DNA of 64,000 nt from an uncultured Arcobacteraceae bacterium (GTDB lineage: Bacteria; Campylobacterota; Campylobacteria; Campylobacterales; Arcobacteraceae): assembly GCA_964022095.1 (NCBI GenBank), contig CAXHZO010000002.1, positions 128,001 through 192,000 on the forward strand, written 5' to 3'. Position 1 is the stretch's first letter, and every line of letters begins with the position of its first letter. The notes under the pieces are model-generated. The model had not been told where the DNA came from. It did no database searches and saw only the letters and a list, made by a program, of their open reading frames with translations. The position numbers and the translations under genes were made by a program. Positions 43,238 to 53,951 of the stretch are shown piece after piece.

Positions 43238-43975
43238 TTAACTCCTTACTATTTTATATACCACTGGCACAGTTATTTCCCAGCTAGTTTTATTTAATTC
43301 TTTAGGAATTGGATCAAATTTTCCAATTCTTGACATGATTTTTATTGCAGCTTTATTTAATCTTTTATATTTGCTATTTTTTTTGATACTTATATTTGTA
43401 ATTTCACCATTTTTGTTGATTGTAAAATTTAAGTAGACTTTTCCCATTTGATTAAGTCTTTTTGCTGCTTTTGGGTACTTTTTATTTTTTTCTATTAATC
43501 TTTTCAGTTTTAATAGGTACTCATTTTTAACAGCTTTTAAAACCTTAGGATTGATTTTCTCACTTTTTTGTGCTTTTTGAGAAAGCTCTTGTGGAATTTG
43601 TTTTTTTTCAAAAACTTTTTTAGGTTCAGGCTTTTTTAGAACTTTTTTAACAGGTTTTTTAACTTTTTTCTTTTTGACAATCTTTTTTTTCTTAACTTTT
43701 TTCTTAACTTCTTTAACAATATTTTTACTTTTTGTTTTTGGAAGTTTCTTTTTTATAATAGGTTTTTTCTCAACAACTACTTTTTCAACTTTTTTAGGTT
43801 TTGGCTTAACTTCTTGTTTTTTGATTACTACTTTATTTAGTTTTATAGCAACACTACTAGTTGGTTTTGGTGCAACAATTGTTTTAGGTTTTTCAACTTT
43901 AAGCTGAGCAAATAGATATACATGAACTGATACTATTAAAATTAATATTAATAAAAAACTTTTTTTTCTTTCCAT
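43238..43975 (-). CDS. tonB: Energy transducer TonB
   Basis: TM with SVH, Lys/Pro-rich linker, C-terminal YP..A..GKV.LNFTI. Confidence 0.88.
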   Translation of the reverse strand: MERKKSFLLILILIVSVHVYLFAQLKVEKPKTIVAPKPTSSVAIKLNKVVIKKQEVKPKPKKVEKVVVEKKPIIKKKLPKTKSKNIVKEVKKKVKKKKIVKKKKVKKPVKKVLKKPEPKKVFEKKQIPQELSQKAQKSEKINPKVLKAVKNEYLLKLKRLIEKNKKYPKAAKRLNQMGKVYLNFTINKNGEITNISIKKNSKYKRLNKAAIKIMSRIGKFDPIPKELNKTSWEITVPVVYKIVRS

Positions 43976-43996
43976 TTGGGAATCTTAATATAATAT

Positions 43997-44011
43997 TGAT
44001 AATAATTATCT
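43997..44011. promoter_or_regulatory. Fur-type box upstream of tonB-exbBD
   Basis: TGATAAT-A-ATTATCT, near-perfect 7-1-7. Confidence 0.75.
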
Positions 44012-44090
44012 TAATTAATAAAATATTAATGAGTTTGTTAAAGATTTGTTAAAAAAGTTTAACTATTATTTCAAAAAAAAAGGAGTTTTC

Positions 44091-45284
44091 TTGAAGAGAA
44101 TAATAATTCTTCCTTTTTTGTGTAGTTCACTATTTTCTAATGAGCTAGAACTATTACAAAAAGATAAACAGGAAATAAGAACTTTAGAAAAACAAATAAT
44201 AGAAGAAAAATATAAATCTTCAAAAGATGAATGGATTGGAGGAATTGATTTAAGTTCTACTATAAATAGAAGCCACTCTTTTTCTAGTGAAAATGATAAT
44301 TTATCAAAAAGTATTTCAATTGGTTTTTCTCAAAACATATATCAATCTGGTGGAATAGAGTTTTCAATTCAAAATGCTAAAGATACATATAATCAAGATT
44401 TAATTGCATGGGAAAATGAAAATATTGCAATTCTTCAAACAATATATGAAACTTTGTTAAATATGAAAAAAGTAAAGATAGAGATAACTCAAAGTGATTA
44501 TAATTTAAAAAATAAACACATAGAGTTGATTTTAAAGAAAATACAATATGAAGCTGGGAAAGTGGATATTGTAGAACTAAATAATGCAATTATGTCTAAA
44601 AACACTCAATTTAAAAATACAATTTCTTTAAAAAACTCTTTAAAAGATTTAGAGCATGAGTTATCTAAATATACATCATTAAGATATGATGAAATAGAGA
44701 TTTTAGATTTTAAACATATAGATAAAGAGGAGTTTATTAGAAATAGTTTAGATTTAAAGTATGAAAAATCAAAAATCGATGTTTTAAATACTACATATAA
44801 AGAATTAAAAAGCTCTTACGGCCCTCAAGTTAGTATTTCAACTAACGCATCATATTCAAATAATGATGATTTGATAAATAATACAAATGATGATAGTTCA
44901 TCTGGTAGTATATCTTTAAAGCTATCAATGCCTATTTTTGATATTACAAAAGATACAAAAATTGAGAAATCAAAACTTGAAGTGCTTAAACAAAAAGTAT
45001 CTTTAAAAGATACAAAAAATGAGCTTGATTACACTTATGAACAAATCATAAATCAAATTGATACCTATGAACAATATAGAAAAACTATTAGTGAAAATTT
45101 AGAGTTATATGATGACTTAATTTCTGTTAATGCAACATCAAATAGTGCAGGAATGACTTCTGATTATGATTTAGAAATATTAAAAAACACTAAGCAAATC
45201 AATGAATTTGATTTAAAAATCAATGATATAAATATCAAACTACAATACTCAAAACTATATTTTATGACAAAGGCTAAAAGTTAA
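44091..45284 (+). CDS. TolC-family outer membrane efflux protein
   Basis: TTG start at 44091 after AGGAG; helical repeats, LSMPIFD motif; heads the MacAB-like operon. Confidence 0.82.
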   Translation: MKRIIILPFLCSSLFSNELELLQKDKQEIRTLEKQIIEEKYKSSKDEWIGGIDLSSTINRSHSFSSENDNLSKSISIGFSQNIYQSGGIEFSIQNAKDTYNQDLIAWENENIAILQTIYETLLNMKKVKIEITQSDYNLKNKHIELILKKIQYEAGKVDIVELNNAIMSKNTQFKNTISLKNSLKDLEHELSKYTSLRYDEIEILDFKHIDKEEFIRNSLDLKYEKSKIDVLNTTYKELKSSYGPQVSISTNASYSNNDDLINNTNDDSSSGSISLKLSMPIFDITKDTKIEKSKLEVLKQKVSLKDTKNELDYTYEQIINQIDTYEQYRKTISENLELYDDLISVNATSNSAGMTSDYDLEILKNTKQINEFDLKINDINIKLQYSKLYFMTKAKS

Positions 45285-46552
45285 TGGAAACAAATTTACA
45301 AAGTGAATTAGAAAATTATTCAAGCAATAAATCTTCAAAAAAATATATATGGATTTTTTTAATTTTATTAATTGTATTTGGAGCTGTTTATTATTACTAT
45401 TCTTTTATTTATAAACAAAATCAATCCAATAAAATCACATATAATACAAAAAAAGTTACAAATGGAGATGTAATAGTTAGTGTAACAGCAACTGGAAATT
45501 TAGAACCAACTAACAGTGTTGATATTGGTATTGAAGTATCAGGGACATTAAAAGAGATTTATGTTGATTATAATGATGAAGTAAAAGTAGGGCAGGTTTT
45601 AGCAAAGCTTGATACAACAAAATTACAATCTCAAGTTGATAGTTCTAAAGCTTCACTAACTATTGCAAAAGCTAACCAAAAAGAGAGTTTAGTAAATGTT
45701 AAAAGTAAAAAATTAGAGTATAACAGAATCAATAAAATGTATAAACAATCTGGTGGAAAATATCCATCAAAAAATGAAGTTGATGATGCAAGGTTTTCAT
45801 ATGAGAGTGCTCAAGCTAGCTATGAGAGTGCTCAAGCAAAAGTTATGCAAGCACAATATAATCTAAAAACAGATGAAGAAAATTTAGAAAAAGCAGTTGT
45901 AAAATCTTCTATAAATGGAATAGTTTTAGATAGAGCTGTAGAAGTTGGGCAAACGGTTGCTGCAACTAACTCTACACCAGTACTTTTTACTGTTGCTAAA
46001 GATTTATCAAAGATGGAATTAATAGTAAATATTGATGAAGCAGATGTTGCTAATATTAAAAAAGATTTGGATGTTGAATTTACAGTTGATGCATATCCAA
46101 ATGAAAAATTTAAAGGAAAAATCAAACAAGTAAGATTTAATCCAATTGAATCAAGTGGTGTAATTACATATGAAACAGTTGTTTTATTAAATAATGATAA
46201 ATTACTTTTAAGACCTGGTATGACTGCAACTGCTCAAATTTTCACTAAGCAATTAAGAGATCAAGTATTAGTTCCTAATTCTGCTTTTAGATTTAAACCA
46301 AAAAATAATGAAGCAAAAAACAAAAGTATGAAGGATGTAATGTCAGGACCTAAATTCCCAAGAAGAACAAGTAATTCAAAAGAGATTAATAAATCAAGTG
46401 ATATGAAAACTATATATGTTTTAGAAGATGCAACTCCTAAAAAAATTAGCGTAAAAGTTATTGATTCTGATGGTAAATTTACAGCAATAAAAACTGACAA
46501 ACTTAATTTAGATGATGAAGTTATTGTTTCACAAAGTAGTATAAATGAGTAG
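45284..46552 (+). CDS. Efflux periplasmic adaptor subunit (MacA-like)
   Basis: ATGNLEP, EVSG, VKVGQVLAKLD, VEVGQTVAA, IDEADV, LRPGMTA. Confidence 0.92.
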   Translation: METNLQSELENYSSNKSSKKYIWIFLILLIVFGAVYYYYSFIYKQNQSNKITYNTKKVTNGDVIVSVTATGNLEPTNSVDIGIEVSGTLKEIYVDYNDEVKVGQVLAKLDTTKLQSQVDSSKASLTIAKANQKESLVNVKSKKLEYNRINKMYKQSGGKYPSKNEVDDARFSYESAQASYESAQAKVMQAQYNLKTDEENLEKAVVKSSINGIVLDRAVEVGQTVAATNSTPVLFTVAKDLSKMELIVNIDEADVANIKKDLDVEFTVDAYPNEKFKGKIKQVRFNPIESSGVITYETVVLLNNDKLLLRPGMTATAQIFTKQLRDQVLVPNSAFRFKPKNNEAKNKSMKDVMSGPKFPRRTSNSKEINKSSDMKTIYVLEDATPKKISVKVIDSDGKFTAIKTDKLNLDDEVIVSQSSINE

Positions 46553-47249
46553 TGATAAAACAATAATTGAATTTAAGAATATTGTTAAAACTTATGGTAA
46601 GGGTGAAGCTAAAACTTATGCTTTAAATGGTGTAAATCTCTCTATAAAACAGGGTGAGTTTGTAGCTATTATGGGTGCAAGTGGTAGTGGTAAATCTACT
46701 TCTATGAATATGATAGGCTGTTTAGATAATCCTACTAGTGGAGAGTATTTATTTAATGATATCCATGTGGAAAAATTAAATAGAAATCAAATGGCATTGA
46801 TTAGAAGAAATTATATTGGTTTTGTGTTTCAAAGTTTTAATCTGTTAGGACGTACAAGTGCTTTAGAAAATGTAGAGTTACCACTAGTTTATAGAAAAAT
46901 CCCAGCTAAACAAAGAAAAGTTTTAGCCTATGAAGCATTAAAGAAAGTGGGATTAGAAAGTGTTATAAATAATGCACCTTCTCAATTATCAGGAGGTCAG
47001 CAACAACGGGTTGCAATTGCAAGAGCAATTGTAACAAACCCTTTGATTTTACTTGCTGATGAACCAACTGGAAATCTTGATAGTATTAAAAGTGTTGAAA
47101 TTATGAATCTATTAAAAAAATTAAATGAGGAATCTGGTATTACAATCATAATGGTAACGCACGAAGAAGAAATGGCAGAGTATGCAAGTAGAACAATCTA
47201 TTTTAGAGATGGTCATATAGATGATAGTTTAAAAAAAGGATATAAGTAA
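46545..47249 (+). CDS. ABC transporter ATP-binding protein (MacB/LolD-like)
   Basis: [33 protein letters not shown]. Confidence 0.95.
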   Translation: MSSDKTIIEFKNIVKTYGKGEAKTYALNGVNLSIKQGEFVAIMGASGSGKSTSMNMIGCLDNPTSGEYLFNDIHVEKLNRNQMALIRRNYIGFVFQSFNLLGRTSALENVELPLVYRKIPAKQRKVLAYEALKKVGLESVINNAPSQLSGGQQQRVAIARAIVTNPLILLADEPTGNLDSIKSVEIMNLLKKLNEESGITIIMVTHEEEMAEYASRTIYFRDGHIDDSLKKGYK

Positions 47250-48460
47250 TGCTTAGTAATGCTTTTTTAATAGCTATAAAAGAGATAAGAAGAAATATTT
47301 TAAGGTCAATCCTAACAATTCTTGGAATTGTAATTGGAGTAGCTTCTGTTATTGGAATGGTTATGATTGGAGATGGAACAACTGCAAATGTAACAGAGGG
47401 TATTAAAAAACTTGGAACGAATATGTTAACTCTTCGTGTTGGGCAAGAAAGAAGAGGACCTCCAAGAAGTGATAACACTGCTAGATATTTCGATGAAGCA
47501 GATATGGAGGCTTTAAAATATGAAATACAAAATGTATCAGGAGTTTCTGCTGAAGATGATACAAATATTAATGTAATTTATGGAAATAAAAGTTATGCAA
47601 GTGAAGTTGTTGGAGCAAATAATGACTTTTTTCAAGTTAAAAATTGGGAGTTAGATAAGGGACGATTATTTGAAGATTCTGAGTTAAATGCAGGAAAATC
47701 AGTTTGTATTTTAGGAACTACTGTTATAAAACAGATTTTTGAAGGAACTAATCCTATTGGTGAAAAAATAAGACTAAAAAGTTTCTCTTGTACTGTTATT
47801 GGAACTTTAAAATCAAAAGGCGCAGCAGCTTTTGGTAGAGACCAAGATGATATTATCGTTGCACCACTTGGAATGTATCAAAGAAAAGTAAAAGGGAATA
47901 AAAATATTAGAACAATTATTTTATCTATAAATAATAGTAAAAATATTGAAAAAGCAAAAAAAGACATAACAGCATTAATGAGAGAAAGAAGAAATATAGG
48001 AATAGATGAAGATGATAACTTCCATATTAGAGATATGCAAGATTTACTTTCGACTATGACTTCAACTACTGAGACTTTAACATACCTTTTAGGTTCTATT
48101 GCAGCTATTTCACTTTTAGTTGGTGGAATTGGAATTATGAATATTATGCTAGTTTCAGTGACAGAAAGGACAAGAGAGATTGGTACAAGACTTGCAATTG
48201 GAGCTATGGAGAGTGAAGTGTTATTGCAGTTTTTAGTTGAAGCTGTTGTTTTATCAACTTTAGGAGGATTAATTGGAATTGCTTTAGGTTTAGGTATTGG
48301 TTTTGGGGCAGTTTCTATGATGCAATTACCTTTTATTATAAATCATGAGATTATAATGATTGCTTTTATATTTTCAACATTGATTGGTGTAATATTTGGA
48401 TATTTTCCTGCGAGAAAAGCTGCAAGACTTAATCCTATTGATGCATTAAGATATGAATAA
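47249..48460 (+). CDS. MacB-like ABC permease
   Basis: [53 protein letters not shown]. Confidence 0.95.
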   Translation: MLSNAFLIAIKEIRRNILRSILTILGIVIGVASVIGMVMIGDGTTANVTEGIKKLGTNMLTLRVGQERRGPPRSDNTARYFDEADMEALKYEIQNVSGVSAEDDTNINVIYGNKSYASEVVGANNDFFQVKNWELDKGRLFEDSELNAGKSVCILGTTVIKQIFEGTNPIGEKIRLKSFSCTVIGTLKSKGAAAFGRDQDDIIVAPLGMYQRKVKGNKNIRTIILSINNSKNIEKAKKDITALMRERRNIGIDEDDNFHIRDMQDLLSTMTSTTETLTYLLGSIAAISLLVGGIGIMNIMLVSVTERTREIGTRLAIGAMESEVLLQFLVEAVVLSTLGGLIGIALGLGIGFGAVSMMQLPFIINHEIIMIAFIFSTLIGVIFGYFPARKAARLNPIDALRYE

Positions 48461-48463
48461 AGA

Positions 48464-48491
48464 ATAAAGAGATTTATAAAAATCTCTTTAT
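48464..48491. terminator. Bidirectional terminator
   Basis: TAAAGAGATTT...AAATCTCTTTA hairpin between convergent genes. Confidence 0.65.
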
Positions 48492-48898
48492 TAAAAGCTA
48501 TAAATATATTGAGACAAGAAAACTACTAAAAGTAATAGTGAGAAAAATACATAGTGAAATATTGTTTTAAATCTTTTATTAGCTTCTAATTTATCAAATA
48601 ATAGTGGAACAAAATAAAAACCAATAACTAAAATTAATCCTAATAAAATTTTTAAATGCAATATTTGGGAAGAGTTATTCTCATATAAAAAGAATAATAA
48701 ACTTCCCGAAATAATTAAAATTAAATTATTGATTTTAATTATATTTCTAGCCTGACTTCCCATAGCTTGTTGGATTTTTATACCTTCTTCTTTGGGGAAA
48801 AAGGAGATTATTTTTAGAATTACAAAAGTTCTAAAAAATACTGTTCCCACAAATAAAATGATAGTTACTAAGTGAATAAATTTTATAAATTCATACAT
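48491..48898 (-). CDS. Small 4-TM membrane protein (CopD-like)
   Basis: Four hydrophobic segments with His residues (FIHLV, LHLKI, FHY); family assignment tentative. Confidence 0.6.
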   Translation of the reverse strand: MYEFIKFIHLVTIILFVGTVFFRTFVILKIISFFPKEEGIKIQQAMGSQARNIIKINNLILIISGSLLFFLYENNSSQILHLKILLGLILVIGFYFVPLLFDKLEANKRFKTIFHYVFFSLLLLVVFLSQYIYSF

Positions 48899-48907
48899 AA
48901 GACTGTC

Positions 48908-50962
48908 TTAAAAATTTATTCTTAAACCAGCAAAATAATATGTCCCCACATTAATTCCAAGTTCTTCTTCAACTTCTTTATCAAAAATATTATCAACTCC
49001 TCCATAAATAGAAGTTAATTTATTTATATTATAGTTTAATCTTAAATCAACAAATGTATAGGCATCAGTTTTTGTTGTATTTGCACTATTGCTAAATTGC
49101 TCACCTATGTATCTTACAGATAAGTTTGATTTTAAATTTTCAAGAATTTTATAATCAAGTCCTAAAGATGCTGATAAATCAGGTGTGTAAGTTAATTCTT
49201 TATTAGAAGTTTTATCTTTAGTATCTAAATATGTAAGATTGAAATTAGCTCCTAAATTATCATTTAACTCATAATCAAGGCTTAATTCAGCACCATTTAT
49301 TTCTACTTTTTCTAAGTTTTCAGAAGTATAATATTTTGTATTCCCGTTTCCATAAGATACTAATTCAATTTTATCTTTTATATTTGTATGAAATAATACA
49401 AGTTCTGAATTTAACTTATTAAATCTATTATTTAAAGCTATTTCAAATGTTTGTGATTCTTCTGGTTTTAAATCATAAGCAGTTGTTTTAAAAGTATTAA
49501 TTACTTCTGAACCATATCTTTTCCCATCTTTATATACAGGAGAAACTACATAAAGCTCAGCTATATCAGGTGATCTATATCCTTGAGCATAATTCACTCT
49601 AAGACTTGTATTTTCAGTTAGTTTTTGAACAGCACCCACTTGCAGTGTGATTTTATTTTCAGCATTTGAGATATTGTCATATCTTATTCCAATTGTTGCA
49701 TTTAAAGTATCATTAAAAGTTATCTCATCTTGTAAAAATGCAGATTTATAAGACACTTCTTTTGTGATAAATTCACTAGAACTTACATCTGGATTTATTG
49801 CACTTGAATCTCTTGTCTCTTTTCTATAATCAATTCCAGCTGTTAAGATATTTGAATTATTTAAAAAATATGTAGTATTTGATTCAATATTATCAATTGT
49901 TACATTTGCACTAAACTTTTTATTAATTGGACCTGTGAAATTTATAGGAGTTGTTTCATTTCTTTTTTTATAATATGATTTATAAAGTTTTAAAGAGGTA
50001 GTTAAATCATCATTTACAAGATATTTTAAATCTGTTGAAACATCTACTCTACTATTATTATCTTCTGAGTTAACAAGTGTATTTTTTATTAAACCTCCAC
50101 CTGAATATTGAGCAGCTCCAAGATAAATTCCTTTTGCCTCTTCTTTAAAATAGTTTAAATCCAGACCTAACGTTAGATTATCATTTAAATCTTTTTCTAG
50201 TCTTGTCCCAAAACTTTTTACATTTGAATCATTTACATAAGTTAACTCACTGTTTCCTGTAATTCCATGTTGTGGATTTGTACTTAAAATAGCACCAGTT
50301 TGTGGATTAGTAGCTACTTGAGTATAATTTTTGTTTAAACTATAAGATGAATTATCTATAAATGAACCAAATATTTTATATCTGAAATTTTCTACATTTC
50401 CAATAGTTGTTAAATTTATATTTTTCTTTTTTGCTTTCCCTTTACTATTTGAACCATATTTGATATCTAAAGTTGTATTTGGTTTATCAACTTTTTTTGT
50501 AATAATATTTATAACTCCACCAATAGCATCTGAACCATAAAGAGTTGACATAGAACCTTTAACTATTTCAATTCTTTCAATCATAGAAGCTGGGATTCTA
50601 TCCATTTCATATGGGTTTTCAGTCTCTGCTGATAATCTTTTCCCATCAAGTAAAATTAGTGTTCCATTTCCTCCAACACCTCTTATTGAAATAGAAGCTT
50701 TTGAAGCAGAACTTGGATGAGGAAATCTTGCATATTGAGCATTTATAGAAGGTGTCTTTTCAAAAACATCTTTTAAAGTTGTTGCTGCAATTTTTTCGAT
50801 ATCTTCACTTGTAATAACAATAATAGAAGCAGATACTCCATCTATATTTTTTTCAGTTTTTGTAGCAGTAGTTACCAAAACTTCATCTAGGCTTGTATTA
50901 CTTAGAGCATTTGTTGATAAAATAAATGCAGTAACACTTGATAATAAAACAATTTTTTTCAT
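48908..50962 (-). CDS. TonB-dependent receptor
   Basis: TonB box DEVLVTT, IERIEIVKG..STLYGSDAIGGVINIITKK, C-terminal Phe. Confidence 0.95.
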   Translation of the reverse strand: MKKIVLLSSVTAFILSTNALSNTSLDEVLVTTATKTEKNIDGVSASIIVITSEDIEKIAATTLKDVFEKTPSINAQYARFPHPSSASKASISIRGVGGNGTLILLDGKRLSAETENPYEMDRIPASMIERIEIVKGSMSTLYGSDAIGGVINIITKKVDKPNTTLDIKYGSNSKGKAKKKNINLTTIGNVENFRYKIFGSFIDNSSYSLNKNYTQVATNPQTGAILSTNPQHGITGNSELTYVNDSNVKSFGTRLEKDLNDNLTLGLDLNYFKEEAKGIYLGAAQYSGGGLIKNTLVNSEDNNSRVDVSTDLKYLVNDDLTTSLKLYKSYYKKRNETTPINFTGPINKKFSANVTIDNIESNTTYFLNNSNILTAGIDYRKETRDSSAINPDVSSSEFITKEVSYKSAFLQDEITFNDTLNATIGIRYDNISNAENKITLQVGAVQKLTENTSLRVNYAQGYRSPDIAELYVVSPVYKDGKRYGSEVINTFKTTAYDLKPEESQTFEIALNNRFNKLNSELVLFHTNIKDKIELVSYGNGNTKYYTSENLEKVEINGAELSLDYELNDNLGANFNLTYLDTKDKTSNKELTYTPDLSASLGLDYKILENLKSNLSVRYIGEQFSNSANTTKTDAYTFVDLRLNYNINKLTSIYGGVDNIFDKEVEEELGINVGTYYFAGLRINF

Positions 50963-50974
50963 ATTTTTTTCCTT

Positions 50975-51952
50975 TTAATTTGATTTATAATATAGTTCTT
51001 TGTTGGGTAATTTACCACCAATTAGTTTTGCATCGCTATTTTGTAAAATAGAAAAGAAAAATTCTAATTCTTCCATCGCTTCATTTGCTTTTATACTTTC
51101 AAAAGTTACATGTTCAATCGAATCAGCAAGTCCTTGTTCTTCTAACATAGGAAGAGTTTTTACAACTAAATTTGCAGCCTCTTTGGGGTTTTGTTTATAC
51201 CAAGAAAGAGATTTTTCATATTCACTTAAAAATCTATTTATTAGTTCTTCTTTTCCTTTTGTATCTCCTAAAAATGCAAGTCCAGCTTGTGGAATTTTTG
51301 CTTTTGTTTGAAATAGTTCTCCCCACTCTTTTTGTAAATCCACGCTTCTATACAAATCCGGAGCTACAAGTTTTATAGGAAAAGAGTCCGTTTTTCTCAA
51401 TGCAATTGAAATAGCAGGTTCTGCTAAAAGTGCATGGTCAACTCTTCTTAAAATCAACATTTGCATAGCATCAACTGGACTTGCTACATATTGGATTTTA
51501 AAATCTTTTTTAGAGTCAAGACCGCTTTTTTTTGATAATTCTTGAAAAACAATATCAGGCATGTCAGCTCTAAAAGGAATTACAATCTCTTTATCTTTAA
51601 AATCTTTTAGAGTTTTTAAATTTGGGTCTCGACTAATCATTCCTAAAATTCCCCAAACTGAAACATTTAGAAGTTTTAAATCAACATCTTTATTGTGTAA
51701 ATTTGCTGCAACATTTGTAGGAACAGCCATAAAATCAATATCACCTCTTAAAATCAAAGCTCTTAATTCATCTGGATTTTTCCATAATCTAAACTCTATT
51801 TTTTTTCCTAAATCTTTTAGTGCATCAGTTTCAATCATGTGCATAATTGGATGTGATACGGTTGCAAAAGGTCCAGCAACAACTATTTTATTTTCATCTT
51901 TTGCAAAAAGTGAAAGCAAAAAAACAAAACAAATTAAAAATATATTTTTCAA
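50975..51952 (-). CDS. ABC transporter substrate-binding protein (NitT/TauT type)
   Basis: Signal peptide; PTNVAANL, ALLAEP, IGGKLP; TTG start with AAGGAG RBS. Confidence 0.85.
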   Translation of the reverse strand: MKNIFLICFVFLLSLFAKDENKIVVAGPFATVSHPIMHMIETDALKDLGKKIEFRLWKNPDELRALILRGDIDFMAVPTNVAANLHNKDVDLKLLNVSVWGILGMISRDPNLKTLKDFKDKEIVIPFRADMPDIVFQELSKKSGLDSKKDFKIQYVASPVDAMQMLILRRVDHALLAEPAISIALRKTDSFPIKLVAPDLYRSVDLQKEWGELFQTKAKIPQAGLAFLGDTKGKEELINRFLSEYEKSLSWYKQNPKEAANLVVKTLPMLEEQGLADSIEHVTFESIKANEAMEELEFFFSILQNSDAKLIGGKLPNKELYYKSN

Positions 51953-51970
51953 AATAATCTCCTTTTTTAA

Positions 51971-53206
51971 TTAACCTTTTATTCCATCAGCTCTAGGACT
52001 TAGTAAAAATGGAATAAAAATTTTCATATAAATAACAAACGGAATAGTCCAGAAAATCGAAGAAATTATGTAAGCTTGGATTGTATATTCCTCATAAAAT
52101 GGAATAAAACTTCTAATAAAAGTTGCAAGAATTATCAACAAAACACCAAAATTTAACCAAATATTTGTAAATATTTTTCTTCCTGTGTGAATTGTTGAGA
52201 TGATAATCATCACGATATAAAAAACTAAACCATAAGTTCCTGTTGTTAAAAAATGTCTAAAATGATTTTGTGCTTTTATCTCTTCATTTAGATAATCAAA
52301 TCCTAAAAACCCATAACCTATTGCTGTCATAAGTAAAATACTCATCAAATAAATAATAAAAGGTTTAAATAAAATATTGTTATCTTTTAGAATAAAATCA
52401 TTTAGTATTCCCAAAATTGAAGCCATACAAGCAAGAGCTAAATAGCCTAAAACAGAGTTATTGGGAAATAAAAACTCAATAGCTGTATAAAGTATTACAC
52501 AAAAAATAGCTAAATTGTATCTAGGAGGTCTTGAATAAAATGTTTCATCAATGTTCTCTTGCTCCAAAAGCTCATTTATAGCTTCCATATTTATTCTCCG
52601 AAGTGCTAATAAAATCAAAACAATAAATGCTCCAAGAGATAAAATCAAAATTGAATAAGAGCTAATAGTTATGATATTTGCAACACTTAGAAAAAACATT
52701 GTTTGTATAATCAAAATTGCAAGTAAAGTAAAAGCTAATGAAATATGTCTTTTGTTTACATCTGCAAAAACAGGTTTTATGATTAGTGAAATAATCCAAA
52801 TAGTTAAAGAGATGTTCAAAATAGCAACTAAAAAAACACCTAAATAATCCATAAACCAAAAACTAACTCTTCCTAAAAGCCATAAAGCTACAATGTATAA
52901 AAGTTTTTTCCCTACAATAGGAACACTTCCAGGGAACATTTCAGGAATACCTGTAAGAAAAAAAGCGATGATTCCTGCAAGTCCAATTCCAAAAATCATC
53001 TCGTACATATGCCAATTTAAAGGATTTTCGATAAAACTAAGATTTATAAATCCACTAAAACTAAGAGACCATAAAATTATAGAAACTATAATATATGGAG
53101 CAAGTAGTAGTAAAATTGGTCTAAATCCATAAGCTAAATATGTAGGAATTTCTCCTTTTGGATAATAAGCATAATGTTTTGAAGCATATTGTTTTTCATT
53201 TTCCAT
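51971..53206 (-). CDS. nnrS: NnrS family protein
   Basis: GFRP, WHMYEMIFG, FFLT..P, WLLGR, H.RH, HTGR, terminal PRADG. Confidence 0.88.
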   Translation of the reverse strand: MENEKQYASKHYAYYPKGEIPTYLAYGFRPILLLLAPYIIVSIILWSLSFSGFINLSFIENPLNWHMYEMIFGIGLAGIIAFFLTGIPEMFPGSVPIVGKKLLYIVALWLLGRVSFWFMDYLGVFLVAILNISLTIWIISLIIKPVFADVNKRHISLAFTLLAILIIQTMFFLSVANIITISSYSILILSLGAFIVLILLALRRINMEAINELLEQENIDETFYSRPPRYNLAIFCVILYTAIEFLFPNNSVLGYLALACMASILGILNDFILKDNNILFKPFIIYLMSILLMTAIGYGFLGFDYLNEEIKAQNHFRHFLTTGTYGLVFYIVMIIISTIHTGRKIFTNIWLNFGVLLIILATFIRSFIPFYEEYTIQAYIISSIFWTIPFVIYMKIFIPFLLSPRADGIKG

Positions 53207-53946
53207 TATTTAAATCCTAATTCAAAAGTATTGATGATATATTCATCACTTAAAAGTTTTGCAGTTTGCTCGTAAACAAAAGCATCATCTCTATTTTTTC
53301 TTGGCATTTCTATCTTAAAGCTTTTTACTATATGCCCAACAGGTTCAGCTTTTAAAACTAAAATTTCATCACTTAATCTAATGGCCTCCATCAAATCATG
53401 AGTTATAAATAAAATACTTAATTTATTTGTTTCAATCTCATCTATTAATAAATTTTGAAGTTCCTTTTTAAGTCCAATATCAAGAGCTGAAAAAGGTTCA
53501 TCCAAAAATAAAATAGAAGGATTTAAAACCAATGCTCTTGCAAAAGAGACTCTTTGTTTCATTCCTCCACTTAAATCTTTTGGAAATTTCTCAAAATCAT
53601 CCTCTTCTAAACCAAATTTTAAAGCTATTTTTTTTGCTAAATCATCTGCTTTATCTCTTTTCATATTTTGAGCTTTTAATCCTAGGGCAATATTGTCAAT
53701 CACATTTTTCCAAGGAAGAAGTCTTGCTTCTTGAAAAGCAAAAGATGAACTTTTAAAACTATTTCTTATTTTTCCTTCTTCAAGTGTCAAAAGTTTTGCA
53801 CAAAGATGAAGTAAAGTAGTCTTTCCTCCGCCACTTGGTCCTACTATTGATACAACTTTTCCTTTTTCAAGAGTAAAATTTATATCTTTTAAAATCTCTT
53901 TAAAGCCAAAAGAAAAAGAGACATTTTCTACGCTTAATCGTTCCAT
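53206..53946 (-). CDS. ABC transporter ATP-binding protein (NitT/TauT type)
   Basis: GPSGGGKT, RLLPW, LSGGMKQR, LDEPFSALD; second Met (53946) has GGAGG RBS, track start 53964. Confidence 0.92.
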   Translation of the reverse strand: MERLSVENVSFSFGFKEILKDINFTLEKGKVVSIVGPSGGGKTTLLHLCAKLLTLEEGKIRNSFKSSSFAFQEARLLPWKNVIDNIALGLKAQNMKRDKADDLAKKIALKFGLEEDDFEKFPKDLSGGMKQRVSFARALVLNPSILFLDEPFSALDIGLKKELQNLLIDEIETNKLSILFITHDLMEAIRLSDEILVLKAEPVGHIVKSFKIEMPRKNRDDAFVYEQTAKLLSDEYIINTFELGFK

Positions 53947-53951
53947 AGTTT

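Noticed and set aside
43560-43860. Lys/Val/Pro repeats in tonB
   Set aside because: Ordinary TonB periplasm-spanning linker
33159-47478. Numerous 60-112 aa antisense or alternate-frame ORFs in the Mo-enzyme, helicase, kinase, tonB and macAB genes
   Set aside because: Fully overlap confident CDSs; typical of AT-rich reverse frames
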